Origin: Eledone cirrhosa
Lineage: Eukaryota
Reading direction: 5' to 3'
Length of the DNA: 64,000 nt
NCBI GenBank assembly: GCA_964016885.1
Contig: OZ024740.1
Span: forward strand, 356,996,001 to 357,060,000
The notes under the pieces were generated by a model. That model made no database searches and had not been told where the DNA came from. It was given only the letters and a program-made list of their open reading frames with translations. The first letter of the stretch is position 1; the number at the start of each line of letters is the position of its first letter. Positions 39,130 through 52,599 of the stretch are shown here, in pieces. Position numbers and translations under genes: made by a program.

Positions 39130-39480
39130 GGGTCTCCGTCGGCTTCGACGATAAGTCTTCCAATTGTTCAATCAACGGAACAGGTTGCTCGTAAACTTGT
39201 TGTGTTAATGGCTAAGCATTCCCTCCACGGACACATGTGTTCTTAATGCAATTTTCAGGGTCATTCAGCGTGGCACATTGTCTGAGAAATCTGGCCATTA
39301 GAATTATAAGTGCAGTCCATCCAACAGGTTTCCAGTCTCTTTCTGTCTATCAAATTTCACTCGCAGGGCATGCGCCGACACGCGGCTATGCTAAATAACA
39401 CTTGCTCAAGATGCCGTGCAGTGGGAATGAACCCGGGACCTAATAATTGCGAAGGGAATTCTTAACTATTTGCCCATACT
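39130..39480. repeat. interspersed repeat, unclassified, with tRNA-like B-box on the minus strand
   Basis: related copies at ~32930-33200 and inverted at ~48930-49075. Confidence 0.6.
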
Positions 39481-40379
39481 GCGTCCTCACTGATATCCCA
39501 CGAGATGCATGTATGTGCACTAGGAAAAGAAGATTATATTTTGAAAATAGCGAAAATATAAACTGAATTTCTGTGCCTGATTTATTGAATATAGGAATAC
39601 TGAATAATTTTATGTAGCTTCAATTATTTAAACTAAAATACATAAATGTCATTTTTTTAAATATGTTTCTTTACTTAATGCACAAAGTGCATCAAGTTAT
39701 TTTTATTTGCTCTGGCGTGCGATTAACAACAGTAACAACAACAACGATGACGATGATGGCGGTATTAGTGAAGTTGAAATATGAAAGCATGAGCAACAAC
39801 AATTTCAATATATATGGATATGGCAACATTGTATTTGTAATACACGGAAAAAACGATTTAAGAATTATTAAATAGAACATTGTTTTAAACAATACTTTAT
39901 ACAGTTGGGAAACAAACGTTAACTTTCCTCCTCCGCAGGAAGAAATGTACTGAATAAATTGTAAGCATTTAAAAACAAATATTTTTCAACCATCAAAAGA
40001 GGAAAATTATGATGCAGTTCTTCATCAAAATGTGGAAATTAGATTCAAAGCAATCATATACTCCCATCACTACTTCAGAAAATACGGTTATGGCTATGTT
40101 TCTCTGATTAGGTCAAAATAAGATTGAAACATGTCCAGAGTTGTTTTCCGTATTTGACGAAATAACGAAGCTAATTGCATTAAATATGCTAACACTGTTG
40201 TATTTTTTCGATATTTAATTTAGATTATTTTGGCGTGTGCAAGAAAACAACACCCTAGACATGTTTTTATCTCATTAGACCTCCTCAACAAAGCAAAGAC
40301 CTCACCATATTTGCTGATATTTCATGATAAGACAATCATGAAATAATGGTGCAATATCATAAAATATTTCCAGAACAAA

Positions 40380-40527
40380 AAATAATTGTTTCTACTTTTG
40401 GCACAATGCCAGCAAGTACCCAGTACATTACTGGTTTTATCGACGCCGTAAGGAGGAAAGGCAAAGTTAAGCTCGACGGGATTTGAACTAAGGCCGTAAA
40501 GGGAAGTAACTATGCTATAAATCATGG
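40380..40527 (-). mobile_element. tRNA-derived SINE fragment
   Basis: family match. Confidence 0.8.
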
Positions 40528-40999
40528 CAATATGAAGTATGATAAATTTTACGCTGTTGGGAAAAAAACCAATGAGATACCAATATTTCGGACTTTAGTC
40601 ATTATTAAGAAACAAAGCGGGAAAAAGAAAAAAAGTTTATCTTTGCTTTCTAGTATGAATGAAGCAAGTAATGGAATAGTCGGCAAAAATAGTAGAACTA
40701 ACGGATGTTTCTTCATAGAAGATGTTTTCCGTCAAATGAGATAATGTGAATGTTTTCTTGTGTGTGTATGTATTTTATCAAGAATGTTCTTTGTGTGTCG
40801 TGTTAGTTAATAAATGTGTGTATTTGTGTATGTGTTTGCATATCGTGTGTGTTTTTTATGTGAATGTATGTGTATGCTACTGTGTATTTGTAATAAATTG
40901 GTGTGTGTGTGTGTGTGTGATTGGTAATTGTGCAGAGGATTGAAGAGAGAGCGGATTGTGTGTCTGCGTATGAGGGGTGGTATGGAGGTTGCGAAATGC

Positions 41000-41750
41000 A
41001 TATCAATGAACATTTATTAGTGTGGGCGAGACATGTTTGTTACTAAAGGAATGCAAGAAAGTTAATTCATGGTGAGCTGATTATAGACGAAAGATAAGGA
41101 GAAATGGTTGATCCATTGTGTCAAATGATATCACAGAAACATGCAGTGTTATTACGTCCAATGTGCTCTATTGTGGTTCACCAATTTTAGACCTGTTTCT
41201 CCAATATTCGACATACCACATAGTTGTCATTTTATGCAGTAAATGAAGTTGAAAGAAATGGTTAAATCCGTGTTGGATGGTGATTTTTTTTATGGTGGGG
41301 TAGGTTTTGCAGCGAGAATGAGAGCGGATGAAGAACTCAGGTTTGGTTTGGGGTAGTGAAAGAAGAAAAACCTTTAGATCAGCTGGTCACAGGAATTTCC
41401 ATAATCTCTGATTGGGGGAATAGAGCGGTCTAGAGGTAATATGAAAAGTGGTTGGGTGAGAGTAAATGAGATGAATGTATCACAGATGGTTCTACGCAGT
41501 AAAATTGTGATTAGTGAAAAGGCAATCAAGTTTCCGCTCAGGACCGTTGAGTGTGTCAACGTCTGGTTGGGATAAATGTGTTGTGTGAAGTGAAGTAACG
41601 GACAATTTCGTGCAATTGGGTTTCGAAATCGAAGTTACAGCCCGTAACACAAGAATTGTGAAAAAAGGAAAGCAAATTGTGTATAAATAGAGAGGACTGA
41701 GGTAAACTTGAGATTGGTGTGGCGGTTAGTAGACCTGTAAAAGACACATG
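41000..41750 (-). mobile_element. degraded Penelope-like element, GIY-YIG endonuclease remnant
   Basis: minus translation CIK*QLCGMSNIGETGLKLVNHNRAH resembles the PLE C..C...YIGET...L..R..EH motif. Confidence 0.55.
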
Positions 41751-42049
41751 TATGTGTGTGCACTTTCCTGTGATTGAAAAAAAAAATGTTCTGGACCTAC
41801 AAATTCAACACCAAACGAGGTAAACATTTTCAACTTATCCACATCCACTCTGTCTGAATGTTCTCTTAACGTAATATCTGCTCCAAGCTCTATTTAAGAT
41901 TTGTTTACCATACACTGATGATCTTATGCTTGGATTACCCATTACTCAAATACTTTTGCGTTCCAAACATTCGCGGCATTAATTCACTGTCTACTACAAG
42001 ATTCCTGGAATCAGAATGTGCTGCTATGATGGAATACATCCTAGAATGG

Positions 42050-42258
42050 AAGTGGAGACTTCTGGTGTCCTCGGCCCTAGGGCTACCTCCCTACTCACCA
42101 CCATAGGCGCTGAGCTGGCCAGCCGCAGGTGTGAATCCCAAAAGTTGGAGTGGCTTTTCCAGCGCGTCTCCCTTGCCGTCGGAGGAACGCCTTCTCCATC
42201 CTGTCCGCCGGGGCTGTGTGTGGGGGGGGGGCATCGCGTAACATTCCATATTTAGGTA
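42050..42258 (+). mobile_element. 3' fragment of the CRE-like element
   Basis: near-identical to 47061-47240 (VETSGVLGP...QRVSLAV). Confidence 0.88.
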
Positions 42259-42439
42259 TCTGTGTTCTCACATGTAGACGCACGTCCTTTAACATAGTGT
42301 TGTGTCCCTAAACGAAGTTTATTTCCTTTAATAGTTACAATGTAATTTGCCTGCAGTATGTATACAATGAGATATGATTAAAATGTAGACGTTGTAATGT
42401 TTCACAGACCACACATTTAAGAGACCACAAATAATGATT

Positions 42440-43243
42440 TGTAGTATAGGCACAAGGCCAGTAATTTGGGGGAAGGGGAAAGTCGACTAAATCGACCCCA
42501 GTACGTTACTGGTGCTTTATTTTATCGACCCCGCAAGGATGAAAGGCAAAGTTAACCTCGGTGGGATTTGAACTCAGACCGTAAAGGACCGTAACTTATG
42601 CTGCAAAGCATGGTGTCCGACTCTACCGATACTGCCAATCCACCGCCCTAACATAACCACATATAATTGTTTCTACTTTTGGCACAAGGCCAGCAATTAC
42701 CCAGTGCATTACTGGTACTTTATTTTATCGACCCGTAAGGATGAAAAGCAAAGTCAACCTCGGCGGGATTTGAACTCAGATCGTAAAGGGACGTAACTAT
42801 GCTGGAAAGCATGGCGTCCGACCCTCTACCGATACTGCCAATCCATAACCACATATAATTGTTTCTACTTTAGGCACAAGGCCAGCAATTATCCAGTGCA
42901 TTACTGGTACTTTATTTTATCGACCCCGTAAGGATGAAAGGCAAAGTCAACCTCGGCGGGATTTGAACTCAGATCGTAAAGGGACGTAACTATGCTGGAA
43001 AGCATGGCGTCCGACCCTCTACCGATACTGCCAATCCACCACATATAATTGTTTCTATTTTTGGCACAAGGCCAGCAATTATCCCAGTGCATTACTGGTA
43101 CTTTATTTTATCGACCCCGTAAGGATGAAAGGCAAAGTTAACCTCGACGGGATTTGAACTCAGACTGTAAAGGGACTTAACTCTATGCTGGAAAGCATGG
43201 TGTCCAACCCTCTACCGATACTGCCAAAGCCAATCCACCACAT
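42440..43243 (-). mobile_element. head-to-tail array of four SINE copies
   Basis: units at ~42440-42650, 42662-42845, 42854-43040, 43044-43240. Confidence 0.92.
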
Positions 43244-43984
43244 ATAATAAATGCCATTAACCATTGATAGGAACCTCACAAATATAACGCACCAAAATAT
43301 ACGCGAAGAGCGAGAGAAAGAAACAAAATAAAAGGAAGGGGACAAAAAATAACGACCATCAAATCACTGCCAAATAATTTTTTGAATCGGATTAGAAAGA
43401 GAGAAGGAAAAAAAATTTTAAAACAAACCAACACGTGTTGCTCCCCCACACGGATATACACATATGTGTGTATTTGACATACCAACACACATATGTACGT
43501 GGGCTACATGTATGTGTATATATGTATGTGGTATGCTAATATTATGCCATTCCCTGGAGCAAGCATACCCATTTACAGACTTTTTCATCCCATTGAATAA
43601 GAGCCGTACAGAGCTGTTATACTAGTCGCGAATTATTAAACATTATAGTTCGCCTTACGTAACTCAACACACAAAGTCCAGAAAGATGTTGATCCTGACA
43701 TCGATGAAGGAAATTTGCTTGCATCAGATACCAACCCTCTTGAGTAAATGAATTTTTATCTTAAACATTTACCACACTGCTTCATCGCTTCTAACACATT
43801 CTCAAGTACACTAGATTCTATCCATATCTACATTGATGATTTTACGCTTGGATTATCTGATTACCCAATAGTCAAACATTCGCCCCAAACATTCCCGGCA
43901 TTAACTCACAGTTTAATCCATGATGGTGGGAAGCAGAATGTGCTGTTTTGATGGAATACATCCTAGAATGGAAATATAACCTCA

Positions 43985-46900
43985 AATAATAAATGCTAGG
44001 AACCTCACAAATTTAACGCACCGAAACATACGAGAAGGGCGAGAGAAATAAATAAAAACAAATGGAAACATAAAACAAAACAAAACAAAACCGACCAAAC
44101 CTGCCAAATAATTTGAATCGGTTTCGACAGAGAGAAAGAAAAAACAAAAAAACATAGAGAATATATTTATTTGCCGTTGTGCTGCCAAATGATGCCGAAA
44201 ACCACTGACCCGCATCTCCGGTCAAAAAGTTGACAGCAACAGGATAATAACATCGACCCCGCATCTTCGGTAAAAGAAGGCACTCGAGCCTCAGCATACT
44301 TGCAGCACCACTAACAGGCCAGAAGAGGGGCCGCAACTGTTCGGGGTGCGGCTGCTCCCACCACCTCACCTGTGTTGGCTTGACACGTCGAACTTCCAGT
44401 GCCCTCGCAGCGTGGAAATGCAGGAACTGCCTCTTCCCCTCGTCTGCCCAGCCACGGCCGTCTGGCACACCACCAGATGAGACAGCGAGCTTGCCTGACG
44501 CCCAACCGTCGCTGGTCAACATCGCTCGACTCAGGCGGCTCCGGAAGATCCCACTCAGGATCCCGAGAGCGGCCCGGGTGCCGGTAGCCGATGCCCTCGC
44601 TTCCTCGATTGAGAGCGCCCTCGACTCCAATCGAGCCAGCGACTGGGAGCGACTCTTTTATACCGCCCCACTCTCCCTTGGCCTCCCCAGCTCTGGCGCT
44701 GACCGGGGCGGCCGGTCTACAGCAGCCTTCGTCAAGGCCAATGTTTCGTTCTTTGAGCAAGCGCCCATTCAGAGCGTGCCTAGGGACGCCGCACACTCCA
44801 CCGTCGGGTACCCAATCCTCCATCGCTGAGTCCAGCACCAAGCGTTTGCGTGACCGCGTAAATGCTAAACTAATCATGGGTGATGTCTCGGTCGCAGTCA
44901 GAGTGGTTGCCTCAGAGGACACTGTCCTCCAACCCACCGAGGAGGTTCTGGCTGCCCTGCAAATCAAGCACCCTGAGCCACCCGCTGATCTCAGACCCAT
45001 ACTCCCACCCGACCCCATCTTGCTCCTTATGGCGTCCGACGCAGTCATGATGTCTGCCATTAAGTCCTTCCCAGATAGCAGCAGCAGAGGTGCTGATGGT
45101 CTCCGACCAAGCCACCTCAAGGAGCTGCTATCCCTCCTCTTAGCTGAGGCCGGGCGCCGCCTTCTGAGTGCAATTGTGGCGCTCACCAATAGGCTCACCC
45201 TGGACCCTCACGCCCGAGGCCTCTTTTTTTCGGCTAGCATCACCGCTCTCAGGAAGAAAGAGGGTGGCATACGCCACATCACTGTAGGCAATGTCTTCCG
45301 GAGGCTGGCTGCTAAGGTGGTCTGCAGGTCCATAACACCCGAACTGGGTGAGGAGTTCAGTCTTGTGCAACTGGGTGTCGGCGTGTCCGGTGGCTGTGAG
45401 GGGCCGCACATGCAACCAGGCAGTTCTTCAACAGCTGCCCACCTGAACCAGCATCCAGGAGCTCCAGGCACCTCATTGTCAAGCTTGACATGGGGAATGC
45501 CTTCAACTGCTTACGCCGGGACCATCTGCTCGGTGCCTGCCTCAGCTGAGCCCCCTCTGCCTACCCGCTGGCCTACCTGTCGTATGGAGCCTCGAGTATG
45601 CTCCTTGCTGCTGATACGGTCATACCTTCGGCTAGTGGTGTCCAACAGGGCGACCCTTTGGGACCCCTCCTGTTTGCCCTTGGTATAGACCACATCGCCC
45701 GGAGTATCACGGCCCCACTCAACGTTTGGTATCTGGATGATGCTACGTTGGGCGGGCCCGTACAGACTGTCTGCCATGACCTACAATCGGTGGTTCCTGC
45801 CCTGGCAGGAATCGGTCTCCAGATCAACTCGGCCAAGTCGGAGGTGGTGAATGTCAGCCACGATGCTGAGAGCTTTGCAGCCTCCGTCTCGGACGTGCGG
45901 TCCATTCTCCACCAGGTTCAGGTGACCCCCAAAGAGGATGTCCTCATCCTCGGGTCACGGATCCACCCGCCGGCCATCTGCTCTACCATCAGGTCCAGGC
46001 TTCAACAACTCCAGACTCTCACGAGCTAACTGGGCTTGATCGATGGCCACCCAGCTCTCTTTCTGTTGAGGAACTGCTTCGCCATGCCGAAGCTCCTCTA
46101 TACCCTTCGCATCGCTCCGTGCTACACCCACACATCTCTCCTCAGGACCTCGATACTTGTATCCGAGCAGCAGCCGAGGAGATATGCAACGTCAAGTTTG
46201 ACGACATTGGATGGCAACAGGCCACTTTACCTGTCAGGTATGGTGGCCTTGGCCTCCGATCCCCGATCTTGCTGGCTTTGCCGGCGTATCTTTCGTCGGT
46301 AACCTCGTGCCGAGTCCTCTTCAGCAACGTTCTTCAAAACACAATAGAACCCTCTGTGTTCATAGAACGTGAGGCCGCCTGTGAGGCGTGGGACCGGCTG
46401 GGACTTAGCCCAGTAGACGTCCCTCCTCCTTCTCCCCTTGTTGACGTCAAGTCCCCCCCCCCAAAAAAAAAGCACTTGGGATGCCATCCAGTGCAGCCTG
46501 GCCTCAGACAGGCTCACGCGCTAGCTCGCCCAGAACTGCCTTGCCTGCTTTCGAGCGGCCTCCAAACCCCACAGTGGTGCCTGGCTCCATGCCCTGCCCT
46601 CCTTCTCCACTGGCACGCAGCTAGACAACAATAGCCTGCGCATCGGCGTTTCCTTGAGGCTCGGCCTCCGGATCTGCGAGCCACACCAATGTCGCTGCGG
46701 ATCCACCGTGGACTCTTTCGGCCTCCACCTGTTTTCCTGTCGCCACAGAGCCGGCCGCCTTCCATGCCATGCTGCCCTTAACAAGGTCATAAAGCATGGA
46801 TTGGACGCTGCGGGCTTCCCTTCCCAGCTCGAGCCGATGGGGCTGGACTGAGGGGACGGAAAAAGGCCAGATGGAATGACCATCTTCCCGTTCCGTGGTG

Positions 46901-47241
46901 GCAAACCCCTCGTCTGGGATGCTATTTGCACCGACACTTTCTGCAGCCACAACCTGGTGCAGTCTGCGACTAACCCAGGTTCTGCTGCACGTCGGGCTGA
47001 GGAGGCCAAACTCCTCAAAAACCGGTCGCTCTCCGACAAGTTTGCGGTTGTACCCCTGGCAGTGGAGACTTCTGGTGTCCTCGGCCCTAGGGCTACCTCC
47101 CTACTCACCATCATAGGCGCTGAACCCCGCGAGTTGGAGTGGCTTTTCCAGCGCGTCTCCCTTGCTGTCCTCCGGGGAAACGCCTTCTCCATCCTGTCCG
47201 CTGGGGATGTGGGGGCCCCATCGTGTAACATTCCATATTTA
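43985..47241 (+). mobile_element. CRE-clade-like RLE non-LTR retrotransposon, frameshifted
   Basis: GADGLRPSHLKE, GGIRHITVG, QLGVG..GGCE, KLD..NAFN, GVQQGDPLGPLLF, WYLDD, GGLGL, CRCG..D..G.H...C, RPDG..WD..C.DT, VETSG. Confidence 0.9.
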
Positions 47242-49716
47242 AGTATGTGCACTATCATATATATGCAGTTCTCGCCCAATATGTACCAACTTATTCATAT
47301 GCATTAATCCGTAGATATTTTCAAGCAATCAATTATTTTGGAAATATTTTCAAGCAATCAATCATTTTGGAGATATTTTACCAGAAGAACAAAATATACA
47401 GATTTTTAGAGTGAGACAGAATGTGTTCACGTAATGAATTCTTAATAACTTTCAGTCCAATTCTAAAATATTCGAATTTTAAACATTAATCATTAGAGAG
47501 CTAAAAGAATGTAAAGTAAAGAAATATTAAATAGGAACGAGTTTGGCGGATTAAGTGAATAGGAAGGAAACCTAGAGTGTAATTTCCTAAACAAATATGA
47601 AAAAAAAGTATAAAATATTCCTGCATGTTATCAATATTAAACATTACTACAAAATACCGCTTCCATCCTGAGGTTGTTTTACAAAATAATAATTAATATA
47701 ACAGATTCAGAGGCATATACAACCAATTCTAGTATAGCCTAATCTAATTTAACATAGGAACAGAGCACTCTTAATGCACCAACATTCATTAATTCTATTA
47801 AGAATTAAACTAATATATTGAAATAGTTCTTGTCTTAAAATTACACGATCAAAATCTATCATAAAAATTCATGCCAACCCAAGATGGTCATTTTTTTCTG
47901 CTATCTTGGCAATCCGGTAAGCTCAAAAGCTAGAATTGATAACGAAATAAACTAGCAACTTTGAAAAGATCGTTTTGTTTCACTTAAAACACAAATTCAG
48001 CTTTATTTTATTATAGTTGTTCCAACATTATTGTAAGGATATGACATAGACTGAATATAATGCTAAAAGCAGCATGCCCAGATTTCGACATTGCATCTGA
48101 TGCGATAAATGACTGCTTACTGTAATGCCCACTATGTTCTTCCGCAAAAACCTAAACAAAGACACGGTAAATCTAAAGCAATAGATCTGTTGATTGAACC
48201 TCGTCATTTACCTGACTTCTTATTGAGCAAATGAAATAGGAGTTTCTATGCGATTGCTCAACAGGACTGTTACAGTTTGAGTACCTGTAACATAGTTCTG
48301 TTTAATCAGAGCTGACCTAGGCCTAACCAACAACTACTATTGACACCATCTCACCTATATTCACCTATATTCACGACCACCAAGAGCCTGTACCCGGTTA
48401 CTTAATCTGCTAGAAATAACGGTCAAATCTCCCTTAAATCATACTTTGCTATCTTTAAAAATATCAAAGTAGATAATATGATGCTGAGTACATTGTGCCT
48501 GGAAAGAGAAAGAGATGATCATAGCTACAATGTCTTTCATCATTGGTCTGCTAGGAACTAAACAACAATAGCAACAGCTGACTACTTTTGAGCCTTAGGA
48601 GTTCTGAATCAGAATGTTTTGCAGATACCATTTATCTCTTTTGAGCACCATTCCTATCGTATATTAATACTGACAGCACGCTAGTGGAAACAGCTTGCTT
48701 AACTTTTTATATATCAGTAATTGTACATATTTACTCAGCAATCATTAAATTTCATTAATAAAGTGACTAAACAAATCTCATTTGTATAACGCAGACTCAA
48801 TGCAATTAAATATACTAATTCACTGGTCTTGCGAACAATCAAACAAAATCGATATTGATTTTGTCTTTCTTTCTTAGGTAAACATACATGCACACACAAG
48901 CACACCCACACACACACACACATACGTGTGTGTCAGGCTAAATCTCCAAGAGAAAAGATAATTACGTTAAGGGTACACGAAGCTGCATAATGCTCAGCTA
49001 CTTGCATATTAATCTCATAAATAGACTGTTCCATTGATCGAACAAACAGAACACTCATCGTCGAAACCGACGGGGCTCCATTACATTTCACACAAACTCA
49101 CACACACATACATACATACATGTATGTATGCACGTATGTACGTACTTATGTGTTTATGTATGTAATTATATATGTATGCATATATATATACATGTATGCA
49201 TGTATGTATTTATGTATGTATTTTTAATTTTTAGGGTCGTCGGCAGTTGAGTGAGAGGCCTCTAGCCTTTATTACGACATCTCTCTAGGAGAAGGTCACT
49301 CTGATGTAAAATTTGCGACTTCGTTTAAATCCAATGATGTAGACCAGTTCTACTTTTTGGGTAAATGCGTTCCATGTTTAGAGAGTGAGATTTGCTCTGT
49401 GCAAAGCCTTTCCTCACTCTAAAAAGCGTCAAGCACAGGCATCGATTGATATGTGACATCTTCTTAAATAGCATTACTCGAAATCGAGTTGCAGACATCA
49501 TGCTTGTATGTATGTTATATTATGTATGCATGTATGTATGTAGGTACGTAGGTATGTATGTATGTAGGTATGTATGTTTGCATATACACATGTATGTATG
49601 TATGTACGTACGTATGTATGTTAGTATTTATGTATGTATACATGTATACATGAACGTACGTATGTATGTATGTAACTATGTATGTATGTATGTATGTATG
49701 TATGTATGTATTATGT

Positions 49717-49849
49717 ATGCCTGTGCCGTGAAGCTTTTATAGTGAGCAAAGGCACTGCACAAAGCCAGTCCCACTCTCTTAACCAAGATGATATTTGCCA
49801 AAAATAATAACAAGTCAACATCATTGGATACCATCAGGGTTGCAGGTGT
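49717..49849 (-). mobile_element. RTE-derived retroposon, copy 4 (internal fragment)
   Basis: sequence identity; inverted relative to copy 5. Confidence 0.82.
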
Positions 49850-49939
49850 ATACATGTATACATACATAAATACTAACATACATACGTACATACATACATA
49901 CCTACATACATACATACCTACGTACCTACATACATTTAT

Positions 49940-50546
49940 GTCAGGTCACCAGTTGGTGCTACTGGTAACATGTATCCCAGTATAACCTGTCTCATGGTCG
50001 TGTCGTTGGCGACTAAACTGGCAACCCCACCAAGGTTTCTTGGTGAGGAGGTTGACTTTGGACATCCTGCAGGACTAAAAACAAAACCTGTCAAAGGGCA
50101 AAGGAGCTCTTAAGAGTCAATGGCCATCCAAAATCACCGGGAGAGATTACCCATTAGCCTTTGTCAAGGCAGAATTCTAGGAGAAGGAAAACTCTGATAT
50201 AACACCTGCAACCCTGATGGTATCCAATGAGGTTGACTTTTTATTATTTTTGGCAAATATCATCTTGGTTAAGAGAGTGGGACTGGCTTTGTGCAGTGCC
50301 TTTGCTCACTATAAAAGCTTCACGGCACAGGCATTGCTTTATATCTGGAGATCTCTCTGCACTTGTCGTCACATGGTACCATGGGTTCAGCACTATGTGA
50401 CAATAATTGTCACAAGTGTAGTGTTTGTACCAGAGTTTTCAAGTCGCTGGCTGGATTAAAAAATTTCACTCGCTCAGCGCATCAGTAGGGGTTCTCCTAC
50501 ATGGATATAAAGTAGTGGCCGTACTAGAAAACGAGTTGGCAGCCAC
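49940..50546 (+). mobile_element. RTE-derived retroposon, copy 5 (full)
   Basis: reverse complement of copies 1 and 2; followed by (ATGT)n. Confidence 0.88.
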
Positions 50547-51093
50547 TATGTATGTATGTATGTATGTCTAGGTAAATGATATGTTACACTATTATAAAAA
50601 CGTTTCAATTCAATCTCATGTTGGTCTGATTTATATCTTGTGAGGCTCTAAAGAGTTATCTGAACTTTATAACTTTGGGATCAAATGTATTCTTCATTAT
50701 AAGTATCGGTTTAAAACTTGGTGAGGCACTAATTTGCATAAGGTTTGAAGGCTCCTCGTTAAAAAAATTACTCTAGAACGACACACACACAAAAATGGAA
50801 ACACATGTATTGTGAGGCACCAAGTTCACTTATTTTGCTTAATGGTTAATCCCGAGCTGCTCACAGTTCAGCGGCTAATACCAAATAATTGTTCTTATCT
50901 GTTGATTTAAAAAATACTTACATTTTTTATGGGTTCCTAATTGGCTAGTATGCGATTGGATGCGTCTTAAAATCGCTATCTGCAATGATGTTATGACACT
51001 CGCAACCTCTACTTGGATTACCTTAAACGATACCTCGTTTACTTCAAAACAATATATATATATTTCGTTTCTGAATTGACCCTCCCAAAGTAT

Positions 51094-51153
<60 letters not shown>

Positions 51154-51273
51154 AAATTCGTATTTCTAAAAATATGTGGTATATTTACAGATAAACATTT
51201 AGAAAGCCGTAGCTATGCAAAAACACCGGAGACCATCAGCCCCTGGTGGTGTACAGCAGAAGCAAGGGGGACA

Positions 51274-51317
51274 ATTGTCGATGCATTTCGAACTTAACTA
51301 GTTTTCATCAGGAGGAT
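51274..51317 (-). ncRNA. minimal hammerhead motif (core intact, stems mutated)
   Basis: ATCCTC-CTGATGA-AAACtagttaaGTTC-GAAA-TGCA-TC-GACAAT. Confidence 0.6.
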
Positions 51318-51641
51318 CGCTCCCACTCTTGCGACTGCTGGACTTGAAAACAGACGAGAATATATAGTTTTCTCGTCTGTGTAAATAAGGGGATTAATCT
51401 GTATATGAAGCTGTATAAGTTGGCTCAACTTATAATAGAATAGAATTAGGATTTAGCTTCGGGCATAGCTGTATACAGGTATGTATTGGAATTTCGTATT
51501 TCTAAAGAAATACGGGAATTCTATTCTATTAGATGTTGAACCAACTTATACAGCTTCATATGCAAATGAGATTAATTACGTCATCTACACAGACGAGAAG
51601 ACTATATATTCTCGCCTGTTTTCAAATCCAGCAGTCGCAAG

Positions 51642-51685
51642 ATCGTCCTGGTGAGCACCAGTTAAGTTCGAAATGCATCGACAAT
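51642..51685 (+). ncRNA. minimal hammerhead motif (A6G), inverted partner
   Basis: ATCGTC-CTGGTGA-GCACcagttaaGTTC-GAAA-TGCA-TC-GACAAT. Confidence 0.55.
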
Positions 51686-51942
51686 TCTCCCCCTTGCTTC
51701 TGCTGAACCCCACCAGGAAGCGATAGCCTCCGGTGTTTTTGCATAGCTACGGCTTTCTAAATGCTTAACTGTAAACATACAGCTATGCCCGAAACTAAAT
51801 CCTATTTCTATTATATATATATATATTAATATATATGAGGGCGGCCGACCGAGGTAGAAGCTGCTAAATAGTCGGCCGTCTTCTTGTCTCTGATTTTCAG
51901 CCCCATGGATATTATCTGTTATATTCCTTTGTTATATTTTGA

Positions 51943-52000
51943 ATACCTGATGATGTCACCGGATTCATACTGAACCCGGTCATTGAAATGATCATAGTAT
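51943..52000 (+). ncRNA. type I hammerhead ribozyme followed by AATAAA
   Basis: ATAC-CTGATGA-TG..ACCGGaTTCAtacTGAAcCCGGTCA..-GAAA-TGATCA-TA-GTAT-AATAAA. Confidence 0.75.
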
Positions 52001-52195
52001 AATAAACCTTTCAAGGATTTACACCAGTCCAGCCTCCTGTTACTTTATAATATATATATATATCAGTGGCGTGGAGAGGAGAGGCTGATATGCTTGAACG
52101 ACTACTGGTCTTCCATAAACAACCTTGCCCAGACTTTGTGCCTTGGAGGGGAACATTCTAGGAGCAAAGCCGATGGTCGTTCATGACCAAAAGGG

Positions 52196-52281
<86 letters not shown>

Positions 52282-52599
52282 ATTAATTAGTAATCTTAAT
52301 CAATAGGATCGAAACATGACCACTCTTCGAGTCAGACCAAACCTAGAAAGACCATATTAGTTCGCCTTTTACATATGTTTGTCCGTCCAGGACGAATTTA
52401 CTTTCAACCACACATGACTAACTGCTATAAGCTTATAGGGAATATTACCTTTTTCATGACGCCTGATAAACCGAATGTTCACAGAAGAGACTGGCGTAAT
52501 AGAATATACATTTGCTTCATATTGTGCATCTGAGATTTATGCTTTCTATTTTATTTCGTCTCTTTAAACCTATGATGTACCCATGAATATTCTATGATT

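Larger units (their letters stand above)
51151..51812. repeat. multi-layer inverted-repeat PLE-like remnant between (TA)n tracts
   Basis: arms ~51185-51382 / 51587-51776 plus inner inverted pairs. Confidence 0.85.

Noticed and set aside
44013-45198. long minus-strand ORFs over the CRE element
   Set aside because: Antisense shadows of GC-rich coding sequence
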